Virus record (IMG/VR): IMGVR_UViG_3300025012_000031
Coordinates: 32,001 to 96,000 of that record
Direction: 5' to 3' (one strand)
Length of the DNA: 64,000 bases
DNA from: a virus
Of the stretch, positions 1-10,151 are shown one piece after another. A program made the translations under genes and the position numbers. Numbering within the stretch: the stretch's first letter is position 1; each line of letters opens with the position of its first letter. A model generated the notes under the pieces. It had not been told where the DNA came from. It saw only the letters and a program-made list of their open reading frames with translations, and made no database searches.

Positions 1-256
1 TGACGCGTTCATCTCCCATATTTCCACTAACACTCCTGCCCTCAAGATGACAATCAAAAGTGCAAGATGTGCTACGGAAGGATAGTGGTATATCTTTGGT
101 AAGAACTTCCTGTGATTTATTCTCGGTAAGGATCGCATACAGTCGATGCGAAAATTCAATCTTAATTTTATCAAGTGCCGCCGTGCGTTCAGCAAACACC
201 GCCGCGGTTAAACGATTGACTGCTATCTTCTTTGCATCCATTGTAAGTTTTGCCAT
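1..256 (-). CDS. hypothetical protein, 3'-partial (MAKLTMDAKK...)
   Basis: GGAG RBS then ATG at 256; frame open to window edge. Confidence 0.6.
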   Translation of the reverse strand, partial: MAKLTMDAKKIAVNRLTAAVFAERTAALDKIKIEFSHRLYAILTENKSQEVLTKDIPLSFRSTSCTFDCHLEGRSVSGNMGDERV

Positions 257-557
257 TTTCTTTTTCTCCGTTTCTTTTATCGTTGATTAATTGTAGTCGT
301 TCATTTAGTTCATGGAGTATTTTCTCGTTTGCTTCACTGACAGATAGATGACCGACTGTAACATACAATCGATGATTGACATTCCAAAAATTAACAGACT
401 TACCGAATCGGCTATTCATGATTACCCATCGTGAAAACGGGTCTTTATTACTGAGTGCCCAGATGAAATAATCTTTGTCTACAGGATTTGCTCCAGCAGC
501 ATCGATCAGTTCATCATAAACTCTCCTGGCCATTTCTTCAGTTAATCTTTGTTTCAT
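189..557 (-). CDS. hypothetical protein
   Basis: AGGAG RBS before MKQRLTEE; follows topoisomerase gene. Confidence 0.6.
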   Translation of the reverse strand: MKQRLTEEMARRVYDELIDAAGANPVDKDYFIWALSNKDPFSRWVIMNSRFGKSVNFWNVNHRLYVTVGHLSVSEANEKILHELNERLQLINDKRNGEKENGKTYNGCKEDSSQSFNRGGVC

Positions 558-596
558 CAAGACTCCTATTATATCAAAGAGTTGGAGAGATGTCAA

Positions 597-2474
597 TTAC
601 ATTGCGTCGATAACGAAGGCATTTCCTCTGAGTACTTTCTTCCTCTCATCGACGGTCGTAGCGCTTAACCAATTCTTTATTGATGTAGCAGCATCATCAT
701 CAAACTCAAAGTCCTGGATGAAATGGTCAATGCCTTCGCGGACAATCAACTCCTTCAATTCTGGTCCACGGAAGCTACCCAACCCTTTATAGTACTTGAT
801 TTCAAAGCCGTTCGTGGAGTTCTTTGATAGCCAATCATTATATGCATTGAAGTCAAAGAAGTAGTGAACGATCTTGTCTTTCTTTTTAAGGGCAATGAGG
901 GGCGTTCGCATGTACTTGATGCGGTTAGACTTGACGAGGGAAGGAGAGAAGCGATGGAAGAAACCTAGAAGCAGCGAACGAATGTGTATACCGTCTGCAT
1001 CTTGGTCGGTGGTGAGGAGAACATTTTGATAACGAAGTTCGTCTTGTTTATCTTTGACTAGATTTAGGTTAAGGATATCACGAATAGATTTGATTTCGTC
1101 ATTCTCAACGATCTTCCTTGTCGCCGCCTCAAAGGCATTGAGGGGTTTACCTTTGAGAGGAAAGAATCCAAACTGTTCCCGACCAAGTACGGCGGAGATA
1201 CCACCAACGGCCGAATCACCTTCAGCAAGAACGAGATACTTATGTTCCTTTGTTGCTGGAAGATATTTCTCAACGCGGATTTTCTTTGTCGTCTTGCTTG
1301 CGTTCTTCAGTGCAAGATTTTCTTTGACCTGTTCTTTCAGCTTATATGTCTCGACGATCGGATCAATGATATCTGCATTCCGACAGATGGCACCGAGGAA
1401 TTTATCATTAAGAACTTCCTCAATGATATCTTTAAAATCGGTGACGCTATTCATCAACTCTTCTTTTGTCTGACCGTTGAATCTTGCTCCAGGCATCCTC
1501 ATTGAGAACATGATGAACAACTTACTTTTGATGTCGGCGGGCTTGACGTCAAGCTTATGTTTTCTTTTGATGAACTCCCGAATGTTATCGCATATCTTCC
1601 ATGAAAGGTAATCAATATGCGATCCACCCCGCCGTGTCTCTAAGCCGTTGACGAATGATAGATGATCAAAGTCGGTGTCTGAATAGAAAACGCCGATCCT
1701 AGCCTTCTGACCTTCGAAGTATTCAAAGTTTTCGCTGATTCCCTGAAGGAAGATTTTCAGCCGAGTGGCGGTGATCTTCTTCCCATTGAATTTGAAGCAA
1801 ATCTCTGGATAACAGAAGGCGGAGTTCTTGAGATAGCGGAAGATCAATTGTGGCAAGATGTTCATTCCGTCTTGACTGATCTTAAAGTAATCATAGTTCG
1901 GTTCAAACGAAATCTCGGTGAAATTCTCTGTTGATTTTCTGACGGTCGGTTTTTCTTTGACCATCGTAGAGTTCCGATATGTCTGTTCATAGAACAGTGC
2001 GCCGTTGGCCGTCCGAACCCTGAACCACTTGGAGAAGATGTTTGTGAGTGATACACCGACACCATTCTGGCCCTTCTGTTCTTCGAGCTTATCATCGTCG
2101 AAATTTGAACCGGAACGCAGCTTGGTAAAGATGATTTCTGGAATCCACTTATCATCCCCATTTTTCTCGATCGGTAATCCACGACCATCATCTCTTACCG
2201 TGATAATGCCGTTGTCATACTTGACTTCGATTGTCGTGCCGTACTTAAAACCCGTCTTGATACTTTCATCAATGCAGTTATCAATGACTTCTTCAATGAT
2301 CTTTTGGAGCCCGGGAAGGAATGCTGTTTCACGGATGACCATCTTGTCATCTTCATACATCCTGATAGGAACTACCGACTCTTTAACGGAACCGATGTAA
2401 ATACCCGGACGCTTGATAACATGTTCAACGTCTGTTAGTTCTACGATGTCATTCTTTCTTAATGGTGCTGTCAT
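597..2474 (-). CDS. type IIA DNA topoisomerase large subunit (T4 gp39+60 / GyrB-like)
   Basis: EHVIKRPGIYIGS, GHKL motifs EVIDNCIDE/DDGRGLP/GQNGVG, TOPRIM EGDSA, PLKGK, TDQDADG, YYKGLG. Confidence 0.97.
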   Translation of the reverse strand: MTAPLRKNDIVELTDVEHVIKRPGIYIGSVKESVVPIRMYEDDKMVIRETAFLPGLQKIIEEVIDNCIDESIKTGFKYGTTIEVKYDNGIITVRDDGRGLPIEKNGDDKWIPEIIFTKLRSGSNFDDDKLEEQKGQNGVGVSLTNIFSKWFRVRTANGALFYEQTYRNSTMVKEKPTVRKSTENFTEISFEPNYDYFKISQDGMNILPQLIFRYLKNSAFCYPEICFKFNGKKITATRLKIFLQGISENFEYFEGQKARIGVFYSDTDFDHLSFVNGLETRRGGSHIDYLSWKICDNIREFIKRKHKLDVKPADIKSKLFIMFSMRMPGARFNGQTKEELMNSVTDFKDIIEEVLNDKFLGAICRNADIIDPIVETYKLKEQVKENLALKNASKTTKKIRVEKYLPATKEHKYLVLAEGDSAVGGISAVLGREQFGFFPLKGKPLNAFEAATRKIVENDEIKSIRDILNLNLVKDKQDELRYQNVLLTTDQDADGIHIRSLLLGFFHRFSPSLVKSNRIKYMRTPLIALKKKDKIVHYFFDFNAYNDWLSKNSTNGFEIKYYKGLGSFRGPELKELIVREGIDHFIQDFEFDDDAATSIKNWLSATTVDERKKVLRGNAFVIDAM

Positions 2475-2583
2475 ATTTCATTACTCCGTTATCAATGAAT
2501 TCACTTCACTGTCAAATAAAAATGGTTGGGAGATTATATCCCAACCACCTTTGAATGTCAATAGCAATGTTGTGTGGCGATGA

Positions 2584-2862
2584 TTATTTACAAGGAACCC
2601 CGCCGCCTTTTTCATTACGAACCTGGATAACTTCTCCACCGAGAGCAGTGAATGCAAACCCATCAATACATTCTCGCCTCACTGATATTGATTTAATCCC
2701 GCCGTTTTCACGCTGTACCTCTTTAACCACAACGGGCCCGCTTTTTTGAAGGCCACGATTTCGATAAGCTGCAAATTGCGGAATGGCAATGGATGCAATG
2801 ATACCGACGATGGATATGACGATCATCAATTCAATTAGGGTGAAACCATTTATTCTCCGCAT
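2584..2862 (-). CDS. type IV pilin-like protein
   Basis: Class III signal G|FTLIELMIVISIVGIIASIAIPQFAAYR; short C-terminal domain with two Cys. Confidence 0.9.
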   Translation of the reverse strand: MRRINGFTLIELMIVISIVGIIASIAIPQFAAYRNRGLQKSGPVVVKEVQRENGGIKSISVRRECIDGFAFTALGGEVIQVRNEKGGGVPCK

Positions 2863-3091
2863 CAATATTCAACCTTCCTGCGGCAGAACTTTCGGTCCGC
2901 GTCCTTCCGTTTGTTCTTGAAGGCATTGTTAGGAGGGAGGATGCAACGGAACGAAGCAATCTGTTGAACCGTCTTGGTGTTCTTCTTTTTGTCATTCATT
3001 TTCTTTTCTCCGAATGATATTGAAGTATTTTTAACTTTCATAACTTAGCCATTATAATTCATATGATGTTTAATGTAAATAGAAATTTTAC

Positions 3092-3709
3092 TTATTTCTT
3101 CTTTTTCTTTTCAGCCTTCTTTGCAGCTTTCTTCTCATACTCAATGCGATCAGATTCATCGTCGATTGCTTTATGCTCGAAAGCATAATCCGCGAGCCAA
3201 TATGCATCAGTGAGATCGTATAAAGAAGCCGGCTTTGCCCCCGGTGTTACCTTCACATATAACTGAAGTTCTTCTTTGACATTCTCCGGTAATTTTTCAA
3301 CGGCGACAATCTTGAGGCCATCTTTGAGGTCCTCCTCTTTGATACGATCACGATCATCTTTGTTGACAATATACTTTCTCCACCGAGTGACCGGCACGGA
3401 GAAAATGTCGATCGTTTCTTCAACGCTTTTGACCGCGCATCGAGCCATCCAATAGTTACCGTAAAGGATATCCTTTGAGCCCGATGCAGAGCCAAGCGAG
3501 AGACCCTCGATCACTACCCTGACCTCGTCTTTCTCTACAAGTTTACAAAGAAAGCGTGAAATATTTTCACTAACATGAAAAAGCAAATGCTCATCATTAT
3601 ACTCTTTAGCAGAAGGCATGATGAGCATTTTTGAAATGATTTTTCTTTCGTCGTTAAGAGCGACCAAACCCGTTGATCTCATTGAGAGGTCAATGCCTAC
3701 AGTAATCAT
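3092..3709 (-). CDS. RuvC-like Holliday junction resolvase
   Basis: VGIDLSMRSTG, VVIEG, DLTDAYWLA acidic residues; GGAGG RBS at MITVGID. Confidence 0.8.
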   Translation of the reverse strand: MITVGIDLSMRSTGLVALNDERKIISKMLIMPSAKEYNDEHLLFHVSENISRFLCKLVEKDEVRVVIEGLSLGSASGSKDILYGNYWMARCAVKSVEETIDIFSVPVTRWRKYIVNKDDRDRIKEEDLKDGLKIVAVEKLPENVKEELQLYVKVTPGAKPASLYDLTDAYWLADYAFEHKAIDDESDRIEYEKKAAKKAEKKKKK

Positions 3710-3766
3710 AGTTCCTCCACTTGATAGTTTAGAAATATTTATCAAGTGGAACGTTGCTGACACTCT

Positions 3767-3797
3767 AACGGTCCTCTAAGTGATTCTAGAGGACCGT
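3767..3797 (-). terminator. hairpin after ligase gene
   Basis: Inverted repeat ACGGTCCTCTA...TAGAGGACCGT. Confidence 0.5.
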
Positions 3798-3820
3798 CGG
3801 CAATTGAGCTATACAATCTA

Positions 3821-5659
3821 TCAGATCATTTTCATGAATGCCTGTTCGTTAAGAATCGTGATGCCGAGCTTTTCGGCTTTGGCTAGTTTACCACCTGCAT
3901 CTTCGCCGACGAGCAGATAATTCAGATTCTTCGAGACGCTTGCAAGTTCGCCGCCATTGGCAACAACCATCTGCTCGAAATGTTTCCGAGGCTTGGAGAG
4001 TGTCCCGGTGATGCAGAACGTTTTCCCAGCGAATTTGTCGCTTGCCTTAGGAGCTTCAACTTTCTTTTCCTCTTTGTAGCGGGGGTCGTCTACGATCTTG
4101 TCAACAATTTCAAGATTTGCTTTCCATGCCACGAAAATTTTGAGGAGGGATTTCTCTCCCATTCCTTCGGGATACGGTCCGCCGATTTCGCCTTCCGTTT
4201 TACAGAGGCCTTGCTTCAGCATGCAGGAACCGTAGAACTCGATGATCTTACCGACGGTGTTCTTGCCGCCACCGTTAAAAGGCATGGCACCCATAAGATC
4301 GGCCTTCGACATCTTGAAGATCGCCTGAAGGTTGTCATAGAACTTTTCAGCCATACGACCTTGACCGTTCGGCGACCAGGTGAGAAGGTCCTCAATGCAA
4401 TTGATTCCCCACTTCTCAAAGGAAGTTCCCGATGCACCCTCAACATTACAGCAGCGGATGAAGTATTCAAGCTGACGCATTCCTTGAGCGGGGCAAGCAT
4501 CGTTGTTACATTTCAGATCGACAGGAACGAGATTCTTATTAACAATATTCCATTCAAGATCTCCACCACAAGACGGACAAACCGACCACGGGGCGCCACC
4601 TTTACCCGGTTCCATCGTCTCAACAATCTTCGGGATAATGTCTCCGCCTTTGGTAACCCGGACGATTGCACCTTCCCAGATGCGGTTGTTGAGAATGTAC
4701 CGCATGTTGTACCCGGTTGCTTTGGCAACCGTCGTACCACAGAGTTCTTGCGGTTCAAGCAAAACGGTCGGTTTCAGCAATCCGCCTTTGGAAATTCTCA
4801 ACCGAAGCCCGGTGACCTTCGTCTGCACGGCCGGGGTATCAACCTTGAAAGCAACCATTCCTTCGGGATGAGTTACATTCTCGGCGCCGTAATTGATATC
4901 GCAAATGACCAACCCATCGATGTCATAAGGAACGACAACCTTGACCGCCTCGAGATGCGCCTTCAGGATTTCTTCCATGTCAGGCGTAATCGAGATGATG
5001 TCGTAATCAGGAATAAGGAATCCGAGCTCCTCTAGTTTGAGCAACTGACCGACCCGGGTGTTCCTTGAACCGAGAATTTGGTAACAGTATGCTTTGACGT
5101 GGGCAAGGCGAGTAGGAATGATCTTTTCTTTCTTGATGATCCCAACCGTGCCATTGCGGCGGTTCTTGTAGCCGAGAACGATGTGGGAATCTCCCGTTAG
5201 GGTAAGTTCACCGCGAACCTCGGTGAGTTCCTCTTTACTATCAATCGTGGCCGGGAGAACAAATCGGCAGGCCTCAGTGATATCTTCACCGGATGTTCCG
5301 TCGCCACGAGTTGCGGCCGACATATAATTACCGAAGGAGTATTTTGCAACGAAGCACATCCCGTCGAGTTTTACTTGGGCGAGAAGTTTGTTGATGTGAA
5401 ACTTGGTAAGGAATTTGGTGAGGGGTTGATCGGCTTCGCCGTACTTGCATTTGCGAAGGGAACCGATGACGTAATCGTGGACGATGTCACCACCGACTTC
5501 CATGAGTTCCTTGATGAAGTCCTCGTATTCCTCATGAGAAATTTCAAGGCGAAGAAGTTCGAGTTCATCGTCATAACGAAGATCGGTGACAGCGGGATTT
5601 CCTTCGCGATATGAACGATTCCACATTTTGATTTTCTTCTTTCTTTCGATGACCGACAT
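3821..5659 (-). CDS. ligA: NAD-dependent DNA ligase
   Basis: KLDG, ATRGDG, EVRGE, DGLVI, AFK, OB fold, CPSC Zn finger, C-terminal BRCT (FCITGTL...KLAKAEKLGI). Confidence 0.95.
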   Translation of the reverse strand: MSVIERKKKIKMWNRSYREGNPAVTDLRYDDELELLRLEISHEEYEDFIKELMEVGGDIVHDYVIGSLRKCKYGEADQPLTKFLTKFHINKLLAQVKLDGMCFVAKYSFGNYMSAATRGDGTSGEDITEACRFVLPATIDSKEELTEVRGELTLTGDSHIVLGYKNRRNGTVGIIKKEKIIPTRLAHVKAYCYQILGSRNTRVGQLLKLEELGFLIPDYDIISITPDMEEILKAHLEAVKVVVPYDIDGLVICDINYGAENVTHPEGMVAFKVDTPAVQTKVTGLRLRISKGGLLKPTVLLEPQELCGTTVAKATGYNMRYILNNRIWEGAIVRVTKGGDIIPKIVETMEPGKGGAPWSVCPSCGGDLEWNIVNKNLVPVDLKCNNDACPAQGMRQLEYFIRCCNVEGASGTSFEKWGINCIEDLLTWSPNGQGRMAEKFYDNLQAIFKMSKADLMGAMPFNGGGKNTVGKIIEFYGSCMLKQGLCKTEGEIGGPYPEGMGEKSLLKIFVAWKANLEIVDKIVDDPRYKEEKKVEAPKASDKFAGKTFCITGTLSKPRKHFEQMVVANGGELASVSKNLNYLLVGEDAGGKLAKAEKLGITILNEQAFMKMI

Positions 5660-5690
5660 CTTGATCTCCTTGGCAATTTGATTTGAGTTG

Positions 5691-5718
5691 ATTATAACAA
5701 ATATACAGATGATGTCAA
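5691..5718 (-). promoter_or_regulatory. sigma70-type early promoter
   Basis: TTGACA-N16-TATAAT with extended -10 TG; similar elements near 3050, 9180, 14460, 20045, 30070, 30395, 36905, 45000, 48990, 54625, 61140. Confidence 0.8.
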
Positions 5719-5727
5719 ACTATTTTT

Positions 5728-6153
5728 TCACATTATAAGATATTCTTTTTCACGACGAGAAATGAAAGAAAAATCATTACCGAAGATAGATATAAAATCT
5801 TCTTTATAATCTCTATAGACAGGAGACACCCAGATGTCGGGGCGAGAAGTTACATATCTGTACCAAAGAATGTCAAGGAAGACATTGATACGATAACAAT
5901 CTTTGGATGCCTCGATGATTATGATTCTGCCGTTAGGTTTCAGTACACGACGGAATTCAATTAACAGTTGGCGAATATCTTTAACATGATGTAAGACATT
6001 CCTACAGCGGATCACATCAACACTTGCATCACCACAATCCAAGATTGCATACTCGTTGGCATCAAAGTAGTAATCTAAAAATGGTGCGGCCGTCATGTCA
6101 CAGGTTCTGTAACCGACGGCCGGAGCATGTCCCGAACCAAAGTCAATCTTCAT
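5728..6153 (-). CDS. class I SAM-dependent methyltransferase
   Basis: IDFGSG motif I; DVIRCRNVLHHV; EFRRVLKPNG. Confidence 0.85.
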   Translation of the reverse strand: MKIDFGSGHAPAVGYRTCDMTAAPFLDYYFDANEYAILDCGDASVDVIRCRNVLHHVKDIRQLLIEFRRVLKPNGRIIIIEASKDCYRINVFLDILWYRYVTSRPDIWVSPVYRDYKEDFISIFGNDFSFISRREKEYLIM

Positions 6154-6291
6154 TTATTTCTTCATTGATTTATATTCTTCGCAATGTTCACATCCGCATG
6201 GACGTTCAAGAGGCCGACAACGGACACAATGACAATTTTCTTTGTGCTCGTTTTTCATATCATGTGTATCAAGATTGATTGTCATCGTCAT
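6154..6291 (-). CDS. 45-aa Cys-rich peptide (not in ORF track)
   Basis: MTMTINLDTHDMKNEHKENCHCVRCRPLERPCGCEHCEEYKSMKK; stop abuts methyltransferase ATG. Confidence 0.65.
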   Translation of the reverse strand: MTMTINLDTHDMKNEHKENCHCVRCRPLERPCGCEHCEEYKSMKK

Positions 6292-6683
6292 ACTTGATTT
6301 CTTCAACAGATGTACGATACGAAAAAAACTTCAGGATATGATACATAAGGAAGCCGACCTCGATCTTTGGTCCAACATGACCAAAATGATCAGAGATGAT
6401 GCCTCGACTTTGGTGGCCGAAATAACGGCGCTTCTTTCTTAACAACCTCATCACCGATGCACGCTCTAACATAGATCAGTCCTCCCTGACATTACATCAC
6501 CCCATTATATTTTCCGGGTCTTCATTCCCAGAGTAACTATGCGCTTCCTTAAGAAGCTTCTTGTATTCCTTGAATGCTATTGCTCCGGCAGTAACCCATT
6601 GATAAATGAGCCCTATCTTGTTTTCGTAAGTGGGCTGCCTCCGTATTGTCTTTAATCTCTTTGTGGGTGACGATGATGCCATA

Positions 6684-7460
6684 TTAATCCTTCCTGACAT
6701 TATGACCAACCGATTCGCAATAGCCGTCCCAATTGGTGAATGTTCCGTTCGGCGTTACGACAAGATCGGTGTCATTATATGCCGAGTTGCGATGTGTGTA
6801 ATAACCGATCTGATGGCCGGCATATTTGAGAAGGATCAGACCGTAATTCGTTTCTTCTTCGACGGTACAACCGATCTCGTCGAACTTACCGTAAAAGGAA
6901 TATGTGCCGAGGATGTCTTCGCATAATGTGACATTGAAATGCATCAGTCCAACAAACCAGGCAAGCAGCTCTTTTAGCTCGGGGTTGGGCCCCTCGACAT
7001 TTTCCTTACAGAGTGCAATGTTGACCCGGACATTTTCATCACCGAAGATTTCCGCGGCAATCAGAAGATTGCTAATGACGTGCTTGAGGCTCCCTCCACC
7101 GGTTAGTGGATGATAATGACGGAATGACGGAATTGAAATATTGAGGCCGGTTAGACCGTATTTCTTGAATTGCTGCATATCAGCATCGGTGAGGAGCGAA
7201 CCGTTCGTCGTCAGGCGCGTTGCTTTAGATTTCGCTGCTGCTATGCGAATGTAATCGATGAGGTCCGGAAGAAGTGTTGATTCTCCACCCATGATTGTCG
7301 CATATTCAAAGTGCTTATTCGGATAGGCGGCAATAGCGTCGTCAAGTGTCCATGTTGTCAAAATCTTCCGTGACTTGTCAACCTGGTAGCACATGGAGCA
7401 GTTATAGTTACAGTGCAAATTTGTGATGACCCGGAGACCTTTTAATTTTTCATTCTTCAT
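6684..7460 (-). CDS. radical SAM protein (MoaA-like fold)
   Basis: CNYNCSMC, MGGESTL, LTTNGSLL. Confidence 0.9.
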   Translation of the reverse strand: MKNEKLKGLRVITNLHCNYNCSMCYQVDKSRKILTTWTLDDAIAAYPNKHFEYATIMGGESTLLPDLIDYIRIAAAKSKATRLTTNGSLLTDADMQQFKKYGLTGLNISIPSFRHYHPLTGGGSLKHVISNLLIAAEIFGDENVRVNIALCKENVEGPNPELKELLAWFVGLMHFNVTLCEDILGTYSFYGKFDEIGCTVEEETNYGLILLKYAGHQIGYYTHRNSAYNDTDLVVTPNGTFTNWDGYCESVGHNVRKD

Positions 7461-8297
7461 TCGTTGATAAGTTCAACGTGATCGCCGAACTCCTCCTTGA
7501 ATACAGCAACTGCATTGCGATAATTTCCTTGCTTCATCCGCCTGACGATATCGTCGCCGTTCTTCCCGGTTTTCTCAGCGAGTTGCTTGGCAATACCGAA
7601 AAGGAAAAACACATTACCCTCCGGTCCCGACAGATCAATGATTCGTTTCTCTTTTCCACTCATTCTGATTCCTCCGCAGTATAGACAGTGAAGGCGGCGA
7701 GAGTGCCGACCTCTTCTAGTTGTTTCTTGAATTTTTTCACTTCTTCCGGTGTATTACCAATGCGCCAATGAGATTGTGGTGCACCGGTGTAACGCCAACG
7801 GACAATGAAAATTGGAGCCGGGGCAACGATTTGATCTTGGCGTGTTTGACATTCGATCTCCAAAGAGACTTCGTCGATCAGATCAGAAACAAGAAGACGG
7901 TCCGGGCCAACCAACGGCTGATTATTCAGACAGTGTTCAAGAACTAACTTGATGGCTTTAAATCGACCGGGGTTGAAGAAGTGTAGAACTTTCTTTGTCA
8001 TTACCGATCTCCCTATTGGTGTTTACCAAGAGTTCTTTTGCTTTTCAAGATATTCCCAGGCTGCCTCGATAATTTTATTACCGTGAGACTGCTTGATGCT
8101 TTCGGTAACATCCTCGCCTTCACAGTCAGTAATCTTGATTACTTCAATTTCGTCTTCATCATCGGGGCTGAGTGGAAGATTCGTCTTCTTTTCACGAAAC
8201 CCCGGCAAACCGGTTGTGAGACTGAATTCAACATCGAATGTAACTTCTTCATCATCAATCTTTGTTGTGTATTCGAAGTCTAATAAACAGGCCATGA

Positions 8298-9149
8298 TTA
8301 TTTCTTCCCGATTGCTTCAAGAGCCTTACGATGAAGTTCTTCGACATAAGCGATGTGCTTCGGGTCCTGTGCATGCCCGGAAACGTTGAGCTTGAGGAAG
8401 TAACGGTACTTCTGCTCGGCCGTAACAACGCCGGTAATCTGACCAACGGCAACAGAATAGTTCTCGAGGTGATTCTGATCATAGGGATGAAGTTCAAAGA
8501 AAGTCTTACCACGATAGGTGAATCGGCCTTCCATGAATTCGATCAGTGCGGTCAGGCGCTGTTTTCCATCGAGAATTTCATAGGAGTGGGAGTTATCCTT
8601 GTATGGCAACTTGATGAAGACAAACTTACCGATGTCAATATTGTTGAAGATGGAGTGAATGAGGGCAACTTTATCTTCGAGGGTCCACACGTTACCGCGC
8701 TGATAATCAGGATCAAAGTCAACCCCGAAATGCCAATGCATACCGACAATACCGTCAATGCAACGAGATGTTGCTTCGACATAAATGTCATCTTTGACAT
8801 GAAATTCTTGAATCGCCATCTTTTCATTAAGGGTGCGATACGGTTCAACACTGTGCCAGGGAACATACATGAGACGATGCATAAAACCATCTGCGGCGGG
8901 TTTGTCATCTCGGCCGGGATTGATCCGCTCTTTAAGCTCAAGAATCTTTCCACCATCAAGAACGGCGACGACAATGGATTCGTAAATAGCACCATGTTGA
9001 ACACGATTTCCAACAACATAAAGAACCGTGGGATCGTTGATATAGGCGCGGCGAAGGTCATCAAGATATCTCACATGATTCTCGGCTTCCCGCTTCTCGT
9101 TAAGTTTGCGTTGAGCTTCGAGTTTTTCTGCATCGGTTTTCTTGGCCAT
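8298..9149 (-). CDS. DUF262 (ParB-like, GmrSD N-terminal) domain protein
   Basis: PDYQRGNVW, ILDGKQRLTAL, FLKLN motifs. Confidence 0.85.
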   Translation of the reverse strand: MAKKTDAEKLEAQRKLNEKREAENHVRYLDDLRRAYINDPTVLYVVGNRVQHGAIYESIVVAVLDGGKILELKERINPGRDDKPAADGFMHRLMYVPWHSVEPYRTLNEKMAIQEFHVKDDIYVEATSRCIDGIVGMHWHFGVDFDPDYQRGNVWTLEDKVALIHSIFNNIDIGKFVFIKLPYKDNSHSYEILDGKQRLTALIEFMEGRFTYRGKTFFELHPYDQNHLENYSVAVGQITGVVTAEQKYRYFLKLNVSGHAQDPKHIAYVEELHRKALEAIGKK

Positions 9150-9570
9150 GATGTTCTCCGTTTGTTTTATTTGAGACGATTATACAACATCAGAAGATGA
9201 TGTCAATAAAAATATTCATTAATAAGAAATATTCATTTTGAATTTCGGAAATGCTCTTTTTATGACATCACAAGGATATCCTTCGCCTGTAATATATTTC
9301 TTTGCCTTCTTATCAAAGATCGTCTCTTCGTCGAAGGGATCGGGATCGGTGCTACGTTGTACCTCTCGCATAGTTCCCGTGATTTCCATAACACCGTGCG
9401 TTGCTGACAACAGGGCCTGGATGCGGCCCTGTGCTTTCGAGAGATCACTAAAGGCATCGGCCGCAGTTCTGAAGTCATTCTTAGAAAGAGCCTTCTCCAA
9501 GGTTTCTTGAAGAGCAGCGATTTTAGTTTCATCAAAGATTGACATCAGTTGATCTCCTTAAGGCAATTGG

Positions 9571-10050
9571 TTAAATTTGTGGAACAAGGCGAAGCCGATC
9601 ATCACTGTGTCTACCCTTATGTTTCTTGAACTTGCGGACGGTATCTTCTGTGCCACCCGTGCGATCTTCAGTAACGACCGCAATCAGATAATCAGATGTC
9701 ACCGCAATCGGTGTGTTGCGTTCAAGAAGAACACGGGCCGCCTCAAATCGCTGGTTCTTTTCCGGATCAACGTCTTCCCACTTTGGTAAGAAAATTTCTT
9801 TTTCCCAGCCGTACTCTTCAGCAAACTCTTCGGCAAAACGATCACCGCCACAAGGCACTCTTTTCCTTAACTTTCGATCATATACAACGCACCCACCAGA
9901 GACGATCACAACTTTAATGTTGGCATTCAGTTCACCCAGTAGTTCTAGTAGAACTTTACGTGTCGCTTCTTTATCAGCTGCGCTATCGCGTTTTCGTGAA
10001 CCAACAATACCGATTCGTACAGTATCACACCAAAACATTTCTATCTCCAT
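9571..10050 (-). CDS. SLOG-fold (YspA/DprA-like) protein
   Basis: IGIVGSR, IVSGG...GGD, RNTPIA, GGTEDT. Confidence 0.75.
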   Translation of the reverse strand: MEIEMFWCDTVRIGIVGSRKRDSAADKEATRKVLLELLGELNANIKVVIVSGGCVVYDRKLRKRVPCGGDRFAEEFAEEYGWEKEIFLPKWEDVDPEKNQRFEAARVLLERNTPIAVTSDYLIAVVTEDRTGGTEDTVRKFKKHKGRHSDDRLRLVPQI

Positions 10051-10151
10051 TCAGATTGGTTAAAGATTATTTTGTTTTAAATTATCAAACTTCATAGTAG
10101 ATGTAAATAGAAAAATGATAAATAATAAAAAAATATTACTTGGAGAAATTT

